Shown here piece by piece: positions 1 to 12,685 of a stretch of 64,000 nucleotides of DNA. Under the pieces are notes generated by a model. That model ran no database searches. It was not told where the DNA came from and saw only the letters and a list, made by a program, of their open reading frames with translations. Source of the stretch: Podarcis liolepis. Its lineage: Eukaryota. The DNA is taken from assembly GCA_965112155.1 (NCBI GenBank), contig OZ218103.1; one strand, 5' to 3'. How positions within the stretch are numbered: the first letter of the stretch is position 1; every line of letters begins with the position of its first letter. The translations under genes were made by a program, and so were the position numbers.

Positions 1-418
1 AATGTGTGTTGGCATTTTAGAAGCTTGAACCTCCCATTAACAAATGTTTTAGTTTCTCAAAATGTTATAAATTATCTCATTTATCTAGAGCATAATAACT
101 TATTTTCTGTTAAAACATTCAGAGTGGTATACAAACGATCAAAACAAAACAAAACAAATGGTAAGTATAAAAAGCAACAGTAATAACATACCATTCTAAT
201 TAAACTAAAAATGCTCCGTAACAAAATATTCAGAAGCTTGTAGGAAAACAGAAAGGCACTTAAGCTTGGCTGCAATCCTCAGAAGGTTGTTCTAAATCTT
301 AGTGTGAGCACATGTAGATCTTCACTAAGTACCGTAGATTTTATCTAGAGAATAACTTCCCTAACTTGATATAAAGGAATATGAAGCCGAATATGGAGGG
401 AAAGCATGTCATAAGGTG

Positions 419-446
419 TTCATTCATTCATTCATTCATTCATTCA
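419..446. repeat. (TTCA)n microsatellite
   Basis: Direct read. Confidence 0.95.
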
Positions 447-822
447 CCTGGAAAGTTAGCCCATCTAGGAGAAGGAAAACTCTGATCCTAAAGCCTTGCG
501 GGATATCTTTGGGAGAAGAAAAGACTAAGGGGTAAACCTTTCACAAATCTGGAGTGGAGTCCCTAAGACGGTTGGATGGTGCCTTGCATGCCTCCTTCTG
601 GCAACTCATGTAGCCAAGCTGGTGTCAAATGTATTGCTCTGCTTTCCTTTGGACCACATCAGTGAGGTCAAAAGGGGAATTGTGTTGTTTGGGCAGCAGC
701 CTCCATAAACACTGCTCAGACTTGCACCCTGGGAAGGTCACTTTGGTGCTGCTAATGCAGCCGTTTGTCATCACCCCCAGAGGAGCTCCCTCGAGACAGA
801 TGGATACCAATAACAACAATAT
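446..822. mobile_element. Unclassified interspersed repeat between a (TTCA)n tract and a CAA-type tail
   Basis: GC-richer block in AT-rich surroundings ending ...ccaataacaacaat; resembles lizard retroposon sequence, family not identified. Confidence 0.35.
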
Positions 823-3800
823 ATTTTGAGTGAATATGTTGATAATGATAAATATTCTGTGCAATTTCTTTAAAAATATTCTGCACAAGTATGGAATCAA
901 TATGGTATATAGCACAAAACTTGGAAGCCTGCAAATGTGTAGGCAGTGTTTGAGGGGAGCATTTTGACAGTTGTGTGACAAGCAGAAAGGAAACAGTACA
1001 GCTTTTCCTGACATGGTGTGAAGAGATAGGGAAATGGCACCTGGCAAATGCCTCTTATGCTGCTTTTAAAAGCCTAGTTTTATCGCATTCCTATCTCCCC
1101 TTACCCTCAGTCTGTTATCCACACCCTGTGTTCTTTTCCTACTGTCCTCTGTCATGGCAAAGTGGCACTATCCATTGTCATTTATCAACCCTTTCCATAT
1201 TAGGCGTTCTCAGGTCCGTAGTACCCTCACTTATCTTTTTGGAGTAATTAAAAATGAATGCAAGTGGAACTTAAAAAAAAAGAAAAGTAATTTTTTGGCC
1301 TTTAAGTCCTACTAAGCATGTGACGACTACAGCATAGATCCTTTTAGAAAGGTAAATAGTCTTCGCACAAACTGATAAATGTAGTTTTTTTCCTGACTAA
1401 TGAGGAAAACCACCCAGGGGAAAAATACTTGGCTCAAAAATTTCAGACATGAAAGTTATTTGTTTAAATTTTTGAGATAGTCAGGCATTTTCTTGAGTCT
1501 ACTTCCTACCTTCCTCCTTGGGTTTTTAGTTCTTAATTTATTTCTCTTGCATCTTGATAGCTTAAATACTCAAAATACTGACCATTTTCCTTATTCCTTA
1601 TTCTGCATCATTCCTGCCAATATAAAGATGAGCTGATTGCTATGGTATGATTGACCCTTTATTTGTGAGAGCCTGAAGTATATTCACAGTGTGCCTACTG
1701 GTCTGTCATTGTTTTTTCATGTAATTACTTTGGGTTGTGTCTAATGCTAGCCCTACTCAGAGTATACTCTTTAAAACTAATGAACATGACTACCTTAGGT
1801 TCATTAATTTCAATGAGTCTGCACTCAAGTAGAACTAGTTCTGACTACAACTTTTTGTCTTTCATCTAAATGCATTCAAAGGATTAACCCTGATTTTCTA
1901 ATGTTGATGCATAATATCTGAGTAGCAGTATTAAAGAGTCTCCAAATTGTTATGCATATTGCAGTTTTTCATACCATATGTCCATACACAGTTTCTACTG
2001 TGTATTTGGGAACTACAAAAATGTGGGATTGTTTATTAATCAAGCATCCTATAGGAAAGAATATATAACTAACCTTCAGAGTACGGAATGAACCTGGACC
2101 TTGTATAATATTACCAGCTGTGAATATTCAGAAATTTGCCCTTATTCCTAATCAGAGAAATGTCCAAAGAGCTCATTTGGGATTGCATTATTTATCTTGG
2201 GGAATCTGAAACTGATTTTTGAAATCTGAATAAATTTGTTGCATACTACTAAAATTACTATTACTAGATACTAACACCCATGAGGAATAATGAGGAGTTG
2301 GGGGGGAAGAGTAAAAAAAAAATCCCCGCCCACTTCATGGTGCTTAATTTTTCATGTTCAGAACACCCTTGAGTTAGCCACAAACCTCCCCTTCTTTTTG
2401 AACTTCTTTTTTAAAATGAAGTCTGGAGATGTGTACCTCACCCTATTTCTTTCCCCATCCAGTTCCCCCAATTCTAATTAAACCTCCAATGCATGCTCAT
2501 GCATGCACCCATTCACACACCAGTTTGTGCTACAAAAGGGGCTACAAAACCCTAACAATTTAAAGCAGCATTGTGGAACATCTTGGGTGTGCCTGCAGAA
2601 TAAGTCCACTGGCCTCTCCTCAGGCCACTCTCCCCCCCAGCCCCCTATCAGCTGGACAGTACAGCACACAGCATGGAAGAAAAGCAAGCTGCCCATGGAG
2701 GAGAAGATCTCATTCCATGGGCAGTAGGCAGCATTTCTGCATTGCATGTTGAGAAATTTTTAAACCCCTGAAGATGCATCCAATGTGTAAGGAAGGGTTA
2801 TGGGCTATCAGTCCACATTTTCTTAGAGATGTGGAGTAATAATTCTCCTCTCTGTCTTTATTGGTTAAGCAGAGAACTCTTTTCCTCTTAAAACAAAAAG
2901 AAACTGAGAAAGTATGAAAAAAGTCCATAAATATGTTTGCAGTTTTCTTTAACATTTTTGAAAGAGGATTGTGATAAATGTGCTTACATAAATGGGATTT
3001 TTGTGGAGGAGGGAATTTTTTGTTCACAGGTACCCATTTGTAATGACCTGCAAGGCTTTTGTACCTGGGTCAAAACAGTCTAACAGGCATCTGTCACATC
3101 ATGGTGCATGCTCTTGACTAATGTTCTCTATTAATGAAAATGAAGAAACACAATTGGCAGATCATTCAGGTATGGGTAAGAACTGTCACTCAGATTGAAA
3201 ATAATTGCATCCACAGTAGAGATCGCAATAATAGTTTCCATAAGTCTTTGTTTAAAAACAGAAATGTGTTTCTCTCCTTACTGCCAAAGAACACCACCAC
3301 CAAGAGCAAGAGTTCTCTGGCCTCCTCCTAATTTCACCTTTCAGAATTCAGGCTCAGATGTACGGATGCAATAGCAAATTAATTTAAAGAGAATATGATT
3401 CCATCCCAGTCTCTTGATTTCCAACTGAACCATACAACTGTTTATGTGGCAGCAATATGGTAAACCCATTACCACTTGATAAATTTTGTGCTGCAACTTG
3501 TGTGTGCTTTGGCACATGGGTGTAGAATTGAATCCAGTTGGTGGGCCTGACCTTTACCTCCCCTTCCATTCCAGATCAAGTTTGAGAGGTGGGTGTGGCT
3601 CACGTCTCCTATCTTCTTGTAATGACTTCACTAAGCTAGCCAGGACAATTTGTATGCCTGTCCCACACCAGATGTCCTATCTGATGTCAGGTGTACAGCA
3701 GATGGGCATAGTTTGGCCAAAACAACCTAGCGGGTCAAATGGAGAGGCCTGGTGGGCCTATTGAAACCTGTGGACTGGAGGTTCCCCCACTGCTGCTTTA

Positions 3801-6200
3801 GTAGGTCCTCATTACATGTTGAGTTCCTTACGTTCCAGCTCAACTCTTCTTCTTTCTGAGCTTTCCAACAGGTGGTATGAGAGATGTCAGTGAACTCACA
3901 AAGCTAATCACTGCCAGAAATTAGGAAAGACCACTTGAGGCAGTTTCACTTCATCTCCAACATCTTATTTAAAATGTTCACATGAAACATCCCTTAGTCA
4001 TGAACAGCAGTATTGTAGGAAGAGCTTAATTTGGTGCAGGGGAAGGCCCATGTGTAATGCTTATTTTGCATCGCTTTGTCCTGCTTAGCTGTCACTGCCA
4101 TGAGTAAGTCCTGATAACATGTATTTTCTCTACTGCAGCTTGACAGTGGCTACATTGGACTACGTTAATTCATTGGGTCTTTGCTTCGCATAGTCTCACA
4201 TACAAACTGGGAAAGACTGCAAAAGGCTTAGAGATTAAATTTGATCACTTGGAGGGTTTGGCCTCCCTGGATTAACTACCTATTTTATATTGCAGGCAGC
4301 AAAGGTGCAGCTGTAATTCAGGCACACTTGGCTAGTTCCAAAAGACTGTTTTTGTTTGCTATTCTTTGTGTATGCCTTTGCAAGCTAAGCTGTGTCTCGT
4401 GATACTCTTGTATATCCCTGCTTTTGTTTAATTTTGTACTGTAGAGGAGTGTGTGTTGTGGTTGTATTGGTGCTGCTGTTTCTTGTTTTTGAATGCTAGC
4501 TCTGGTGTCTTTCCAGTTAAGCTCTGTGTACCTTTTGTCTTTGAAAATCAATGGAGAGCAAATAAAAAAGAACTAGTTTTCAGTGGTACCTTTTGCACAA
4601 AAACCCTTTTATGTTTGCTAGTGAAGAGGCGGTTTCTCGGGATGCCAGACTTTGCATACAAGAAATGGCTTGGGCTCTTATTAAGCTTCAGTTGCTTTTT
4701 TGGGGGGTATTTCTTTTGAAAATTATAGATGCCCACCATAGCCCCTTAACTTTGCGAAGTCAGAAACCAGATGTTCTCTCATGCTATGGAATCCTAATAT
4801 GGAAAAAGTAGCTTCTGCAAAGTGGATTTTTGACAAGATACCAGACAAGGATGCCTGATAAAATGTAAATATTTTATTTGCACAATTTTGCATTGCCCTA
4901 TAAATAGGTTAACCATTCAGAGATAAGCAAAATAGAGGAGAAGGCTGGAGGGACTAAAATGTTATGCAAATTATGAATATGCAGATTGGACATAGGAAGT
5001 TAACATGAAGGACAGAAGTATAAAACACTTAGACTTTGTTCATACAACACTTTAAACCGTACTTCAACTAAATGTTGCTTTAAATGTGAACACGCAGCAT
5101 GTGCTGGTGCATGCTGCTAAAATCACAGACCATTTGTTCTTCTTCTACCCACCATGTGGGAAGGAAGAGTAGAATTCTTGACTGTGTAGTCTATAAAAGC
5201 ACAGGTTTGTCTTAATCCAGTAGGAAGGAATGATTTCCGTAGCTCAAATATCCAGATAAGAACGCCAGCTGATGTGGGACTGGCTGGTAAGAAGAGATCT
5301 AACACTCTAGTTTTGCTTAAGTATCTGCAAACAAAAGGATGACATGAGAATAAATGAGGTTCTAGTATTTTAAGAAGCTTTTAAATGGTGTTCTGACTTT
5401 TCTCATATATTTGTCTGTCTTGCTTGCAACTCATGTTTAGCAGAGAACAGTACATCTTGCCTAAGATGTGAGGAAATGTGCTGAGCTTAGGAGATATTTG
5501 CTGAAGTGCTGCTCTGGAGCATTTGGGGGTTTTCTGTACAGGCCTCATAATGGCCTCAACTACACTTACCTGTAAGGGTAGTACAGCTACTGCAGATAGA
5601 ATTGCCTTTTTCTCTCACTGCTGAATTTTCTTTTTTCAAACTGTTCATCATAGTGATACTTTCATCTTATAATAGAGCAGTAAGCCACGGCAGGGTGTAC
5701 ATTGCTCATTTTCTGCACGCCTCAGGTATCTTCAATTGCCTGGGAGAGTTTCTGGCAGCTTCTTAATGTGCACCCTGGCATGGATTGGTGCAATTGCTTT
5801 GGCTTGTTAATTTTACATTCATTTGTTCATCATAGTCATTTAATAATCATATGTGCCTTTGGAAGATCAGGACAACATGGGGAAAATTCAGCGAAAACTG
5901 AAATGAAAAATACTTGTCGGAGATTTGAGCTGCCTCTTCACTATTTTTGCTATGTTTATTGCTTGAGAGCCATATATACAGTCATATATTGTTTGAATGG
6001 GTGAGCTGCTGTGGAATCATGGACTCACCCCAATCTACATACAATTGCATGATCAAGCTTAGGAAAATAGGTTTGCCAGAGGAGTCACCTGTGCACAGCA
6101 CTGACTAGCTGGTGCTTGCAATATTGCGAACCAATTTCCTGTTTTGGAATTTTGTCCCATTGCTACCTGGTAACATGATTCTCTTTCTATTGTGTTTCAG

Positions 6201-6389
6201 AGAACCAGATCCCATCTGGCTTTCCAACCATAGACATGGGTCCACAGCTCAAGGTAGTAGAGAAGGCTCGCACTGCTACAATGCTCTGTGCTGCCAGCGG
6301 TAACCCTGACCCTGAAATATCCTGGTTCAAAGACTTTCTTCCTGTGGACACAGCCACTAGCAATGGCAGAATCAAACAGCTCCGTTCAG
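6201..6389 (+). CDS. PTPRF: PTPRF exon, Ig2 N-terminal half (189 nt, phase 1-1)
   Basis: tgtgtttcag|AG AAC CAG ATC...CGT TCA G|gtaaaa; encodes (E)[62 protein letters not shown]. Confidence 0.96.
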
Positions 6390-8176
6390 GTAAAACAATA
6401 AAGTCTTCTCATTTTCCTGACCCGACTCCACCCCAAATCTTTCTCTACAGGAAGCAACTGTGGTATTTTGTACCTAGATTGTGAGGTTCACTTTTTCACC
6501 CAACTTCTGCTACGTTTAAAACCTTGTGTAATATGAAGAAAGGTTTGGGATTTGGGTGGGAGAGTAGATTTCAATAGTTAGGATATTTGTCCTTGTTTAT
6601 GGAAGAAGCAGAGCCTTTTGAACATGCTTTCTTGTGTCCCATGAGCAAAGGAGATTTCATAACCATGACCCAGTAGCATATTGGATCAGAGCCGTGTAAT
6701 ATATCACTCCAATTCCAATATAGGTTCCTGCTTTCAGGATAGTAAAACACATGTCACTAGTTGTGCCACTTAGAACAACAGTCTGACAAAAAACATTTTG
6801 ATTCATGAATAGTTACTCAGTTGGGCCAAAGACAGAAGCTCTTAGCCAGTTTCCAAAATGTGGAAAATCCAGATTTCTAAAATGCATTCTTGAACAGAAA
6901 TCTTCCCTGCTGCAGAAATTTTCCCCTTTAAATGAGAAAAGTATAAGAATGAAGGCTGGAGAATGATGGGAGGTAGCCTACTCACCCACCTGCCTCCCTC
7001 ATGAATTTATGTTAACCTAATGGCAACTCTGAAGAGGGCTGCTTAAAACATTTCAGTGGCTTCATACGTTCTACAATTCTGCCTCTTTTGGTAACAGGGA
7101 AACTCTTCATATAGCCATGGTGCCAGAGCACAGTGTGGATAGGAAGTGAGGATAGTCCTTTTGAGGGGGAGAGAGAGAGATTGTGATTGGGATATCTGCC
7201 CCATTCTAATGAGCATACATGCCCATTAGCTGGCCTCTGATAACTACTTGTATGCAAAACTACTACCCCCTGTAAGCAATGTAACTCATGTGTGGTAGTG
7301 GTCGTGGCTCTTAAATTGAAATATATCAGATTCTGCAGAAATGAGTTTATAATTAGCTCCTTGCTGACACCTGTGAGACCTCAGTCTTGCAGTAGGCTCC
7401 CCCGCATATAGAGCAGTGAGCACTAATTACACTGATAAATTTACAGTTTATATAATTTCACAGTGACCTTTAGCGTAATCTCAATATGTTTGTGCTGAAA
7501 GAAAATATCACCCTCGTTAATTTAACTTGAAAGGCACTAAGCAGGCAGCATTAGGGAAGTGCATCCATGGATACTTGCTCTTCATACTTACTAAATCAGC
7601 ATCCTCATCTAGGAGGATTGCAGATGAGCTGGGCAACCCTTAGGCACATGCTGGGCTCTCAACAACATTCACATCATGTGCACTCGCCTGCTGCTGAGCA
7701 AGCTTCAGGGAGGAAAAACCTGAGTTTAAAAACAAAACGTGTTCAGCACTACCGTCACGTCCAAAGTTTATTTTGTTTTTCTTCATTGCAAGCAGTATCT
7801 CAACTGAATTTCACCAGGGATTCGGAGTCCCCAGTTGTAGAAGACACTTGAATTTCCGGGAGGAGGGTAGAAATCGATGAGTAGCATATCTGCAGGCCTG
7901 AGAGAAAATTGATTAAGCTGTATGGAAGTAAATGAGGTTTATAGACTTGCATATAACGTGCTCGGAAAAGAGGTTTAAGGTCCTTATTGGTAGGAACATT
8001 GGAAGAGCTCACAAAGCAACATTAGTATATGCCGCTGATCCAAATTGCCTCTATCAATGAAGCTTCCTTTCCAGCAAGAGGACTATTGTAACAAAGTATT
8101 TCATTTTCATAATCAAAAGAGGGAACTTTATAAGTCTGCAGTTCATAGGGTTCTGAAACTGCATAGAACAGATAAT

Positions 8177-8402
8177 GACCCAATTCACATGTAGCACTAA
8201 GCCAAACAGAAGCTTAGCATGGAGGAGTCAAACCTCAAACTTATGTACAGATGTAATGCTAAGCTAAATCGTGGTTAATGCTTGGGCCATTTAGCATCAC
8301 CAGGGGAGGAATGCTTCATTGCAATCTTCATTCTGGGAACCTGCATGTTTGCTTTCTCATGCTAAGTTATGGTTTGGCTTTGCACTGCATGTGAACTGGG
8401 CC
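8177..8402. mobile_element. Palindromic MITE-like element
   Basis: Left arm gacccaattcacatgtagcactaagccaaac...cttagcatg; reverse complement of right arm ggcccagttcacatgcagtgcaaagccaaac...cttagcatg. Confidence 0.65.
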
Positions 8403-9714
8403 GTTCTATTGGTCAGCTGCTGAAGACTTGGGCCCTTCCAAACACTCTCTATTTCTGTGTAGCATTTTCCCAGTATTCAGACTGCAGTATATCTCTGAAC
8501 AAATGCAGTTGTTTTCCCACCAGAATCTATAAGATGTACTGTGCCATGTCGAATGGGATTGTCTGAGTGTCATGACCACCTGTTGGATAGGCCCTGTGAC
8601 ACCACTGGTCTGAGAAGCTGAGGCAAATAGTGTTGAAAAGAGATGAATTTCTAGGCTCTATTGACGAATTTAAAAATGACAAGTCCCTGGGTCTGGGTGG
8701 CATCCACATGAGAGTTCTTAAATAATTCGAAATATCTAACTTCTCCCTAAGATTAGACTGCATATCTGAGAAATTGAAAGCGGCCAATGTAACACCGATT
8801 TTTAAACAGCGATTGGGGCGGGAGGAGGAATCCAGGAAGTTACAAGCCCATTAGTTTGTTCTGGGAAAGCATTCTTAAAAAATAGAATTAGCAAGCATAT
8901 TGAAAGCAAATATTGCTGAAGAAGAACCACCATAGCTTTTCCAATAGTAAGCCCTGTCTCGGTGTCTCAATAACCTTTTAGCATGTAAATAGAGGTGATC
9001 CAGTAGACATTGTGTACTTCAGCTTTCAAAAAGCCTTTGACAGAGTACCACACCAAAGACTCCCGAGTAAGCTCATCAGTCATGGAATAAGAGCAGAGGT
9101 CTCTTATGGATCAGGAACTCTTTCAGAAACAGGGAACAGAAAGTTAGAATGGAGATCTCTTCCAATGGAGGAATGTTGGAAGTAGAATTTCTCAAGGATT
9201 GATGTTGGGGCCTTCTCTCTTTGACTTGCACAGAGTTAAGAGGGTGAGTTGTGAGGTGGCAAAGTTTGTTAATGATACCAAATCGTTCAGTGTGTTTAAA
9301 ACAAAAATGGGATTGTAAGGTGCTCCAGAAGGATCTCTCCAAATTGGGTGAGTGTGCATAAAATGGCAAATAGAATTCAATGTAAGGAAGTGTTAAGTGA
9401 TGCACACGGAGGCAAAAAAAATTGTGAATTGGTGGTGACTCACTAGAAATGAGATTTTGGGGTCACAGCAGATAACTTGAAGTTGTTGACCCAGTGAGCA
9501 GCAACTGAAAAGTGCAGATTCCATGCCAGGGATCATTAGGAAAGGAATTGAAAATAAAACTGCTGATATCATAATGCTGTTATACAAATCTATGGTGCAA
9601 CTGCATTCGGAATACTGTGTACGCTTGTGGTTGACTCACCTCTAAAAGGATATTGTGGAGTTCAAAAAGGTTCAGAAAGGGAAAGCCAAAATGATCAAGA
9701 GGTTTCAGCAACTC

Positions 9715-10157
9715 ATAGAATCATAGAATCATAGAGTTGGAAGAGACCACAAGGGCCATCGAGTCCAACCCCCTGCCAAGCAGGAAACACCATCAGAGCA
9801 CTCCTGACATATGGTTGTCAAGCCTCTGCTTAAAGACCTCCAAAGTAGGAGACTCCACCACACTCCTTGGCAGCAAATTCCACTGTCGAACAGCTCTTAC
9901 TGTCAGGAAGTCCTTCCTAATGTTTAGGTGGAATCTTCTTTCTTGTAGTTTGGATCCATTGCTCCGTGTCCGCTTCTCTGGAGCAGCAGAAAACAACCTT
10001 TCTCCCTCCTCTATGTGACATCCTTTTATATATTTGAACATGGCTATCATATCACCCCTTAACCTCCTCTTCTCCAGGCTAAACATGCCCAGCTCCCTTA
10101 GCCGTTCCTCATAAGGCATCGTTTCCAGGCCTTTGACCATTTTGGTTGCCCTCCTCT
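9715..10157 (-). mobile_element. Young 5'-truncated CR1 LINE nested in the older CR1
   Basis: Intact ORF2 C-terminus ([12 protein letters not shown]...[21 protein letters not shown]...WN.LP), (ATTCTATG)n tail, target-site duplication GCAACTC at 9708-9714 and 10158-10164. Confidence 0.92.
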
Positions 10158-10401
10158 GCAACTCCCCCATGAGAAGTTTACAATACAAGTTGAGTGACAG
10201 GGACATGGTAAAGGTGTGTAAGATTATTCATAGTGTGGAGAAATTGGATAGGGAGACATTCTTCTCCCACTTTCATACTAATTTGGGCCCATCCAATGAA
10301 GCTAAATGTTGGAGGATTCAGGACAGACATATAAAAGAAAGTACTTCTTCACACAGGTATATAATCAGCTGAAATAAAATTAACTAATTTATTATTAACT
10401 A

Positions 10402-10720
10402 TGGCTATTTGCAGTTTAGTAGCACTGCAGAGAGCTTGCTGGGGAGACCATGCATTAAAAAGGGACTCAAAAATAACTTAAACAAGGTTTTAATAACAAA
10501 AACAAACACTCCTTATACACTAAATACATCAACAACAAACCAGACCCAACCACCAACCCATCCCCCAGGGTAATGAGGGAGCTAGGTGCTGCTCCTTATA
10601 TACTATGCCCAAATGCTGACACAGCTTAATTAACACAACCTAGCAGCACCTGCTATGTTTCACAGCTGTAAGACTGGGTCTCGTTATTTGCCTTGGCCCT
10701 GGCCCTTAAAGACATACACA
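10402..10720 (-). mobile_element. Possible solo LTR inserted in the CR1 3' region
   Basis: Interrupts CR1 colinearity; minus strand begins TGTGTATGTC, then TATATAA, then ATTAAA in LTR order; no clean TSD. Confidence 0.35.
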
Positions 10721-12597
10721 ACTTGTGAAGCAATAATGAACCTTCACATTTTAAAGTGACCATTCAACAATCTACACCACCAAAATGTAGTTGTAGTTAC
10801 TGGTGTGGGTGGCTTTAAAAAGAGGATTAGGAATAAATTTATCAGTGGCTACTAGTGCCTTGATGTCTCTGCTGTCAGAGGCAGTATTGAGGTTACTGGG
10901 AATCATCAGTGGAAAGGGTGCTGTTGCTCTCAGGTCTTGCTTCTGAACTTCCAATAGGCATCTGTTTGGCCATTGTAGACAGTTTCTGAGCCAGCAGGGT
11001 TCTTCTAATGTATGCCACTTACCCCTATAAGCATGCCTTAAAGCGACTCACAACAAAACAGCAAAAACATATGAATACATCACTACACTAAATAGTCCAA
11101 AACCAATTCATTACAAAATATAACAAAATTTGAATAAACCATTCATTTCGATAAAACGAACTTTATAATGTTTATATAAAATAGACAGTATAAGTCATTA
11201 AATCTTATCAGTTGATATTATGTATATTAAATAGGTAAGCCAAAGCCAGATATGAGAAAGCCTTCCAGTATAATCATGCATTAACAAATAATATAACCAG
11301 TGCTATGTGCAATAAATGGCAAGCATATTTTATAGAACCTGCAGCAGATAATCTCTCACATGCCCCACTCTCATATTCTGATTAACTTTCTTACTTATTA
11401 AAAAAGAAAACAAGTATTTAAAGGTTATAGTCATATTTCCTACATTTACTGTGGAAGAAAACTAATGCGAAGTCTAGACAGTGGCTTGCAGCTCCTCCTC
11501 GCTATTGATTGTACCGAGGCTGGACAGGGCAATTTGTGGGCTTTTCCTCCAGGTGCAACTAAACGTGGCATCCCAAAATGAAGTAAATAGTAATAAATGT
11601 TTGATCATAAAAACTAAACTGTGCCTTTACATGATACAATCTAAGAGAGGCAGTTGACTTACTTGTGTAAGATTCAGGTTGTGACATTCAATCTGAGTTT
11701 GTTTAAAGATGAACAAGATTAAAAAGCAGTCAAAATGTGTTAGGTTTTTACCTCAAGTGTTTAGGACATTGCTTTCAAAATGGAACATAGCCATAGAATG
11801 ATTATGTTAGAGGCCTAGTTTCCCACTTCATCACTTGCTCCCCAAGCAAAGGAAGACAGATCTGCAACATAGAGGTTTGACAACGCAGTTCCTCTAATGG
11901 TCCTGGCTGATGAGTGATGTAAAGATTTGCTGTTGTTAATTGTTTTTCTTTCTATCACACCCCTCCTGCACTTGCTGCTCAAGGTACTATTAAATAAAAT
12001 AATGTTGTAAAATAAAGTAAGGGCATATTAAACATTGACTTATGTAGAGTGGAGGAAGGCGTGGCAGTAAAGATGTAGGCTAAGGAGAAGGCATTTACAC
12101 TTTGCTGAAAAATTTGTGTAAAAATGAGAGGAAACACACAAGCCAAAGCTGAAATGGGAGGCGAGATTGTATCATTGGCAAGGTTATGAGTAAAAGATAC
12201 TCCTACAGTACCAGATCAAGAAAGTGGCCAGCAAAGTTGCTCTTGCTGCTTGGGCCAGGCATTAATAGAAAATGTGGCTGGTCATAAATTAAAAGTAGTA
12301 ATGAAATGGATTTAGTGTGGGCATAGTCATTCATCCATTAAACGTATTTATGTGACTGCCATTCTGCCAAGGCAACCAAAATGGTTTATATTTTTTTTTA
12401 ATATTGAAGCAACCAAAAACTACAAAATTTTGAACAACAGAATTCTCAGTAAAGCCAACCCTGGGAATGTTACTAGGAGGCATTGTAGGATGGAAGGCAT
12501 TTTATACACATTGGTGGGATCTGCATTACTTAACACCCAGAGCATCCAGTATAAGGAACAGCAGAAGTGTGGAAAGGTTTTAGAATTAGGGTGGCTT

Positions 12598-12685
12598 GGG
12601 CTGCAGTCCTAGCTAACTTTCCTGGAAGAAAGCCCCATTGAATCTAGTCAGACTTACTTTTGAGTAGACATGGTTAGGATTGAGC
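12598..12685. repeat. Short ~85-bp dispersed repeat; related copies at ~26039-26120, ~19590-19660, ~56664-56697
   Basis: ggctgca(g/a)tcct...aag(c/a)ccca(t/c)tgaat...t(c/t)tgagta...taggattg core recurs. Confidence 0.6.

Larger units (their letters stand above)
8606..11012 (+). mobile_element. Old degraded CR1 LINE (ORF2 RT to 3' UTR), interrupted by younger insertions
   Basis: Decayed RT motifs: KSPGP(D)GIH-like at ~8680, VDIVY-FQKAFD-VPH at ~9003-9052, AKF(AD)DT at ~9258; CR1-type 3' UTR at 10790-11012. Confidence 0.85.

Noticed and set aside
9793-10206. 137-aa ORF as a host gene
   Set aside because: C-terminus of CR1 ORF2 in a 5'-truncated copy
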